9,733 bases of DNA from Candidatus Helarchaeota ASGARD archaeon Hel_GB_B (GTDB taxonomy: Archaea; Asgardarchaeota; Lokiarchaeia; Helarchaeales; HEL-GB-B), in NCBI GenBank assembly GCA_005191425.1, contig SUPR01000115.1, forward strand, positions 1 through 9,733, written 5' to 3'. A model generated the notes under the pieces. That model saw only the letters and a program-made list of their open reading frames with translations. It had not been told where the DNA came from and searched no databases. Shown here one piece after another: positions 1 to 4,751 of this stretch (its first letter is position 1; the number at the start of each line of letters is the position of its first letter). The translations under genes and the position numbers were made by a program.

Positions 1-381
1 ATTATACGTCCTCCCAAATAACGATTTCTGCACATCATTACACCTACATGTCTGATATCTTGATATGTATTCGTCGTGTAATTTCTTTACAAGTTCGTAT
101 GATTTGAATGGCTTAAATATGTCTTTAAAATCTTTTTTCTCACGTCCAAAAATGAAACTTATCGCTAACGCTCCCCCAATGAGTGCCCCACAACTCCCAT
201 CAGTTGTTAAACCCAGACCATCTGCTAACCCACTAGCTGCTTTAAATACATCCTCACTCCAAATTCCAAGGGCTTCAAAAATAGCTGCTAATGAAGTCTG
301 GGCACATCCTGTACACTTTTGCTCATAAGATTTCCCTAATTCATATGCTTTATTCAAAATCGCCTCTAATGATTCATCCAT
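1..381 (-). CDS. C_GCAxxG_C_C family putative redox-active protein (3' end runs off the window)
   Basis: Not in the ORF track; translated by hand from ATG at 381: MDESLEAILNKAYELGKSYEQKCTGCAQTSLAAIFEALGIWSEDVFKAASGLADGLGLTTDGSCGALIGGALAISF...YQTCRCNDVQKSLFGRTYN. It is open for 127 codons to the window edge. The GCAQ, CGALIGG and CxC motifs are the family signature. GTGAG RBS-like motif at 386-390, 4 nt upstream. Confidence 0.88.
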   Translation of the reverse strand, partial: MDESLEAILNKAYELGKSYEQKCTGCAQTSLAAIFEALGIWSEDVFKAASGLADGLGLTTDGSCGALIGGALAISFIFGREKKDFKDIFKPFKSYELVKKLHDEYISRYQTCRCNDVQKSLFGRTYN

Positions 382-537
382 ATATCTCACTATTATTTTT
401 TAATTAAGAATTTTGATTCTCTTATGCATAATTGTTAATTGCGTTATTCTCATTTAATACCATCAAAAATTATCAAAATTAAACCTTTATTTTCATCTAA
501 ATTTCATAAATTAATGGTAACTTTACATATATTAATT

Positions 538-571
538 TAATCCAATAAAAATAGTAATCCAATAAAAATAG
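538..571. repeat. Perfect tandem duplication of a 17-mer, (TAATCCAATAAAAATAG)x2
   Basis: Read directly: 538-554 and 555-571 are identical. Confidence 0.9.
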
Positions 572-670
572 GAAAGTAGCCATTCTGAAAAAATTCTGCC
601 TTGTAAATATTAATTTATTGGTATCCTAATTTTTAAAATTTTAAATATTAAAACAAAATCTCAAAAAATC

Positions 671-700
671 CCATAATTTATCCGAGAATTCCATAATTAA
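671..700. repeat. Direct repeat CCATAATT(T/A)A with 20-nt period
   Basis: CCATAATTTA at 671-680 and CCATAATTAA at 691-700, separated by TCCGAGAATT. The repeat is real; a function is unproven. Confidence 0.55.
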
Positions 701-1239
701 ATAAAAAAATAATTCAAAGTAATAAAAAATAGAAGTCCACTTGGAAAATTTAATTTTAAAAAACTCTTTAAAACTGTAAATTATAATAGTTATCTGTATT
801 TGGGGCGATAAAAATAAGTTATAAATCTATTTCTATGCAGTTAAAAATATTTTATGTATACAAATATACTTTATTATTAATTATTTTACCAATAACAGGT
901 CTGATATCTTTAAATTTTAGGTTAAATTTATTTCTATTTACTAATTTTATTGATTAGATTTATAATTTTGGTACTTCGATTGAATTTATTTCATTATCAA
1001 TTTATTTTCTGATACTTTTTCTTTTTAACTTTTACTTTTAATTTACAGACTAATGGTATTATTGAGTTAATGCCCTTTCTATCGTCTTCGTTCCCTTAAT
1101 TGTACAATATTTGTTAAATATGCTTTAAATAAAATAATCTTAATCATACAAATTTCTGATAATTAACTTTATTAAATTAGTTAGGTTTAAGAATGATTTT
1201 TTGGAATTAGAGCTTGATAAACGTAGCTATATTAATTAA

Positions 1240-1247
1240 TTTTAATA
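1240..1247 (+). promoter_or_regulatory. Putative archaeal TATA box of the Ubl operon
   Basis: TTTTAATA ending 23 nt before ATG 1271. Such motifs are common in AT-rich DNA, and other candidates exist (e.g. TTTATTAAA near 1168-1176). Confidence 0.3.
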
Positions 1248-1255
1248 CGCCTTAT

Positions 1256-1262
1256 GGAAGGT
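1256..1262 (+). promoter_or_regulatory. Shine-Dalgarno-like site for the Ubl gene
   Basis: GGAAGGT 8 nt upstream of ATG 1271. This supports 1271 over the TTG at 1214 used by the ORF track. Confidence 0.55.
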
Positions 1263-1270
1263 TCTTAAAA

Positions 1271-1582
1271 ATGAAAAAGACTATATTAAAGGTTAGATTT
1301 GCACTTTCCAATGAACCAATATTTATTGATGTAGATAATAAAAGTCAGCCAATTAAAGAAATTTTATTGAATGCTGTGGACAAGTTAGAAGTATTGGGAC
1401 TAACTCATGAAGCAATTCAATTATCAAATGTTTTAGAGGACCATAATATTTACATTCAGGGTAGTCAAATTAACCCGGAAACAATCTTAAACACATTACC
1501 TTTGGAAAACAAAGTAATAAATTCCGAAGAAATTGAATATGCGGAAGTGCAATTATTACGAGAACATAGGGGTGGAAATTAA
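1271..1582 (+). CDS. Ubiquitin-like (beta-grasp) modifier, 103 aa, pro-form ending ...LLREHRGG-N
   Basis: C-terminal RGG (GG at 1571-1576) followed by one residue (Asn) and the stop. Pattern: beta (ILKVRFA), beta (PIFIDVD), helix (PIKEILLNAVDKLE), then IYIQGSQINPETILNTL, which resembles ubiquitin LIFAGKQLEDGRTLSDY. It lies directly upstream of E2-, JAMM- and E1-like genes. Start re-called to ATG 1271. Confidence 0.82.
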   Translation: MKKTILKVRFALSNEPIFIDVDNKSQPIKEILLNAVDKLEVLGLTHEAIQLSNVLEDHNIYIQGSQINPETILNTLPLENKVINSEEIEYAEVQLLREHRGGN

Positions 1583-1609
1583 TAATACAAATTTTGAGTG
1601 AGTCTATAG

Positions 1610-2374
1610 ATGGAAATCTCATTAAAAGAGAAATTAATCAAATATCTTATTATAGACGGAGAATTTTCTTTCATAATAGGAAATGAGATTTATATTTCAA
1701 AACATATTCTACCTATAAAAAAATTTTTTTTGTCAGTTTTAGAACAAAAAGGGGAAGATAGCGGCAAATTTTTACTAGAAATTCTGACCAATCCAAACAT
1801 AGTTATTTTTGGCGGATCGGTCTATTATTTGGAAAAACTAATCAATGTTAAGACCGCTATTCAAAAATTAAAGAGCGAACTCACTAGAAATCTGGATATT
1901 ATTTTAAAAGAAAATAGCGCTTTAATCAATCTATTTAATATTCTAAGTATTAATGATATTATAGAACTCTCTGAAAATGGTATCTCATTCTATTTGTTAG
2001 ATGGGAAATTATACGCTATAAAATACCTCTCAGAATATGTCCAAAAATATAACAATAAAAAATGGAAATTCCCTGGTTGTACTCTTGGCATATATATTGA
2101 TAATCAGTTAAGATTAGGTAATGTCGTAGTATTAAAACCGAAAAACTATATTCATCCATTTGTATATACAACTGGCCCTCCTTACAAAATATGTCTCGGG
2201 ACTTTTTATGATTCATGTGATGCAAAAAAGGTCAAGTCCTTAGCACTTGTGAATTCTTTAATAATGCTATTTATGACTGCGATTCAAATTTTAGTTTCAG
2301 GATATGATAGAAATGTTTCTCCTGCTAATGGTCATTTAACTGACGAAAAATATGATAAATATTTAATAAATTAA
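1610..2374 (+). CDS. Divergent E2/UBC-fold ubiquitin-conjugating-like protein with a ~150-aa N-terminal region of unknown type (254 aa)
   Basis: H182-P-F-V-YTTGPPYK-I-C195-L-G matches the E2 HPN(I/V)...G.ICL motif, with N->F and a 3-residue insertion. Downstream IQILVSGYDRNVSPAN resembles the Rad6/UBE2A IQSLLDEPNPNSPAN segment. Operon context agrees. Confidence 0.75.
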   Translation: MEISLKEKLIKYLIIDGEFSFIIGNEIYISKHILPIKKFFLSVLEQKGEDSGKFLLEILTNPNIVIFGGSVYYLEKLINVKTAIQKLKSELTRNLDIILKENSALINLFNILSINDIIELSENGISFYLLDGKLYAIKYLSEYVQKYNNKKWKFPGCTLGIYIDNQLRLGNVVVLKPKNYIHPFVYTTGPPYKICLGTFYDSCDAKKVKSLALVNSLIMLFMTAIQILVSGYDRNVSPANGHLTDEKYDKYLIN

Positions 2375-2391
2375 TGGACAAATGATATAAA

Positions 2392-3357
2392 ATGGTTAGA
2401 ATAATAAAATCACTGGACGATATATCATCAATTAAAATTAAAAGAGAACCTGATAATTGCCCTGTTGCATTGAAAAAAATAAAAATTACAGACAATGCGT
2501 TGAAAAAATTATTTTTAATGGCTAAAGCTGTTAATGAACATTTAGGGGGATATTACGAAGTATATTGCTTATTATTGGGCGAAGATGATATTATTGAAGA
2601 TATTTATATTCCAGAACAAGAAGCTGGTACTACAAGTGTGAATGTTTCTGAGGATAATTTAATAAAAATTATTAATAATATCGATTCATTAGAAATTACC
2701 AAAAAAATACTGGGCTGGGGGCATTCACATGGTAATTTTTCGGTATTTTCTTCATATACCGATGACCAAAATCATCTAACAATTCTTAACCAAACTTCCA
2801 ATTTCGTGAAAATTAATAATCAAGAAATTAAATTTGCCTATGGCTTAACTGTAAACGTTAAGAAAGAGATTTTTGGAATAGTTATTAGCCAATATACTTG
2901 TGGGGCTATTTTTCAAAGAAAAGGTAATTTCATTTATCTTCGAAACCAAGATAGTTTCGATGAGTTTAGTGAATATAATAATATTTTAGATATTGTTAAA
3001 AAACGAGTGAGAAAATATAATTGGGACCTTATACTTCCAAAAAGAAAAAAATTAATCGACTATTTGAATAATGAAAATGAATTAGACATTTTACATAAGG
3101 GCAACATTTCAATTAATGACCCTGTTTTTACTGATAATAAATCTACAAATTATGAAATCGTTTTTAAAAAGATTGACTTGTATACTTTACAAGATTTGCT
3201 CTCGTCAGATAGAATAACTGAGATGTTATTAAATTATAATCTATTTAAACAAATAGCTATCGAATTTGGTGAAGAAAAATTCAGAGTTTCTTTGTATTCG
3301 ATAATTAATGTGATTAGAAACCAGATAATGCATGAAATTATCGAGTTAAGTCAATAA
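2392..3357 (+). CDS. JAB1/MPN/Mov34 (JAMM, MPN+) metallo-isopeptidase with C-terminal extension (321 aa)
   Basis: Complete JAMM motif: E56 (YEVYCLLLG) and GWG-H111-S-H113-x7-S121-x2-D124. The IEDIYIPEQEAGTTSVNV segment resembles Rpn11 VVDVFAMPQSGTGVSVEA. Confidence 0.93.
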   Translation: MVRIIKSLDDISSIKIKREPDNCPVALKKIKITDNALKKLFLMAKAVNEHLGGYYEVYCLLLGEDDIIEDIYIPEQEAGTTSVNVSEDNLIKIINNIDSLEITKKILGWGHSHGNFSVFSSYTDDQNHLTILNQTSNFVKINNQEIKFAYGLTVNVKKEIFGIVISQYTCGAIFQRKGNFIYLRNQDSFDEFSEYNNILDIVKKRVRKYNWDLILPKRKKLIDYLNNENELDILHKGNISINDPVFTDNKSTNYEIVFKKIDLYTLQDLLSSDRITEMLLNYNLFKQIAIEFGEEKFRVSLYSIINVIRNQIMHEIIELSQ

Positions 3358-3385
3358 ATTATATAAAATTAATTGGGGTATTTAA

Positions 3386-4276
3386 ATGTCACAAAGTTTA
3401 AGATATGATAGACAAAATCAGATTAAAAAATGGGAACAAAAAAGGTTATTAATTTCAAAAGTATCTGTTATAGGTGCTGGCGCTTTAGGCAATTATGTTT
3501 GTGCTGGGTTAATTGGACTTGGCATCGGAAATATCGAAATTTACGATTTTGATGAAATCGAAATTCATAACCTAAACAGGCAATCAATGTTTACAGAAGA
3601 AGATATTGGTTTTAATAAAGCTGAAATTTTAACAAAGAGATTACAAGAAAGAAATTCAGAGATAAATATACAGGGTTATTCCGAAAAAATCACTGAGAAA
3701 AATATAGCGACCTTATTAAATGATACTGACTTGATAATTGATGCAGTAGATAATATAGAAACTAGAGCTGTTTTGTCAAGATTTTCTCTTATTAAAAATA
3801 TCCCCTTGGTTCACGGTGCTACATCTGCAGATGGTGGACAAATTGCGGTTATAACAAGAGAAACTCCTTGTTTAGAATGCTTTATGAATACCAATAGAAA
3901 AAACAGTTCACAATCGTGTACCGACAATCCTAATCCAAGTGTGGTTTATACAACACAAGTAATTTCCGGACTAATGGTCGAAAATACAAGAATTATACTT
4001 TTACCCCTAAATAAGTTAGAAAAACCAACTCCTCCACTTTTGTATTATGATCTTCTTTCTCCAAATAGGTTTTATCATGTGAATATACAACGTAAGAAAG
4101 ATTGCATTTGCAACGAAATCCTCAAAAACGCTAAATTAGAAAAACCTACTCTGGAAAAAATTAAGGTCGATCTTGATAATAGAGTAATAAACACTGTCGA
4201 AAAAATTGATACTAATAAAAATAACATCTCTAATAAAAAACGTACTCGAAAATTTACATTAAGTGATTTTATATAA
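3386..4276 (+). CDS. ThiF/MoeB/HesA-family E1-like Ubl-activating enzyme with C-terminal tail (296 aa)
   Basis: RYDRQ, G30-AGALG nucleotide loop, DFDEIEIHNLNRQ, DAVDN..TR, C162xxC165, putative catalytic C178 (SQSCT, codon 3917-3919) and C240-x-C242. Confidence 0.95.
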   Translation: MSQSLRYDRQNQIKKWEQKRLLISKVSVIGAGALGNYVCAGLIGLGIGNIEIYDFDEIEIHNLNRQSMFTEEDIGFNKAEILTKRLQERNSEINIQGYSEKITEKNIATLLNDTDLIIDAVDNIETRAVLSRFSLIKNIPLVHGATSADGGQIAVITRETPCLECFMNTNRKNSSQSCTDNPNPSVVYTTQVISGLMVENTRIILLPLNKLEKPTPPLLYYDLLSPNRFYHVNIQRKKDCICNEILKNAKLEKPTLEKIKVDLDNRVINTVEKIDTNKNNISNKKRTRKFTLSDFI

Positions 4277-4300
4277 TTTAAAAAATGATGAAAATGAATT

Positions 4301-4732
4301 ATGATGTCTGATGATGAATTATTAGCAAAATTTTTAGCTGAAAATAAAAAAGTTGGAGTGAAAAATAAATCAGAAAAACCTAAATTGATAAAAAATCGTG
4401 AAAAATTAAATAATAAACCTGACTTTTTTCTCCAAAAATTTTTAGACTTACAGGAAGACTCAGTTTTACCTCCAACTTTGTTTTTTACTCTGATAGAATT
4501 ATTTAATTTTGTTAATATACTTCTTGAAAAAATGGACAATAAAAACAGACCAAAGTTAAAAGAATTAATTAGATGGTCCCAATATGCAATTTATGACCAA
4601 GATCTTCAGCAATTAATTGATTATATATCTGAAATTAAGGAAACAAATAATATAAAAAAGGAGACCATTTTATATTCTGTGTTAGATGTTATGACCGCTT
4701 TATCTAAATTCTATTTAAAAGGAGCTGTCTGA
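4301..4732 (+). CDS. Hypothetical protein (143 aa), basic low-complexity N-terminus and predicted helical C-terminal domain
   Basis: Open frame that fills the gap between E1 and the TPR gene with 24- and 19-nt spacers. No recognisable motif. Confidence 0.75.
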   Translation: MMSDDELLAKFLAENKKVGVKNKSEKPKLIKNREKLNNKPDFFLQKFLDLQEDSVLPPTLFFTLIELFNFVNILLEKMDNKNRPKLKELIRWSQYAIYDQDLQQLIDYISEIKETNNIKKETILYSVLDVMTALSKFYLKGAV

Positions 4733-4751
4733 AATAAATAATCTTAAATCA

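Noticed and set aside
65-328. 87-aa + strand ORF from the track
   Set aside because: Antisense shadow of the C_GCAxxG_C_C gene, which has clear family motifs.
835-957. 40-codon hydrophobic ORF (MQLKIFYVYKYTLLLIILPITG...) in the intergenic gap
   Set aside because: No RBS. Leu/Ile/Phe richness is expected from AT-rich codons, and there is no other support.
1214-1270. TTG start giving a 122-aa Ubl
   Set aside because: ATG 1271 has an SD-like motif, and the extra 19 residues overlap the likely promoter and add nothing to the predicted fold.
1717-1731. A7T8 homopolymer (possible slippage or phase-variation site) in the E2 gene
   Set aside because: The frame is intact, and such runs are common at this base composition.
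2016-2225. 69-aa minus-strand ORF
   Set aside because: Antisense to the E2 catalytic region; no motifs.
4013-4150. KLEKPT occurring twice in E1 (aa 210-215 and 250-255)
   Set aside because: Only a hexapeptide with no wider repeat structure. It is weak evidence for a duplication.
4235-4252. KKRTRK as a nuclear localisation signal
   Set aside because: The context is prokaryotic. The basic patch is better explained as part of the tail motif.
1271-4276. Interpretation as a ThiS/MoaD sulfur-transfer (cofactor or tRNA thiolation) operon
   Set aside because: No rhodanese, cysteine desulfurase or biosynthetic genes are present, while an E2-like gene and an E2-TPR fusion are. It is disfavoured but not formally excluded.
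4301-4345. SDDELLAKFLAEN as a UIM or UBA5-type E2-binding helix
   Set aside because: It lacks the UIM Ala/Ser spacing, and the resemblance is too short to support.
4075-4539. 154-aa minus-strand ORF
   Set aside because: Antisense to E1 and the 143-aa gene; composition typical of a shadow frame.
4655-4700. Similarity of ETILYSVLDVM (143-aa protein) to RVSLYSIINVI (JAMM C-terminus)
   Set aside because: The match does not extend convincingly, unlike the E2/TPR paralogy.
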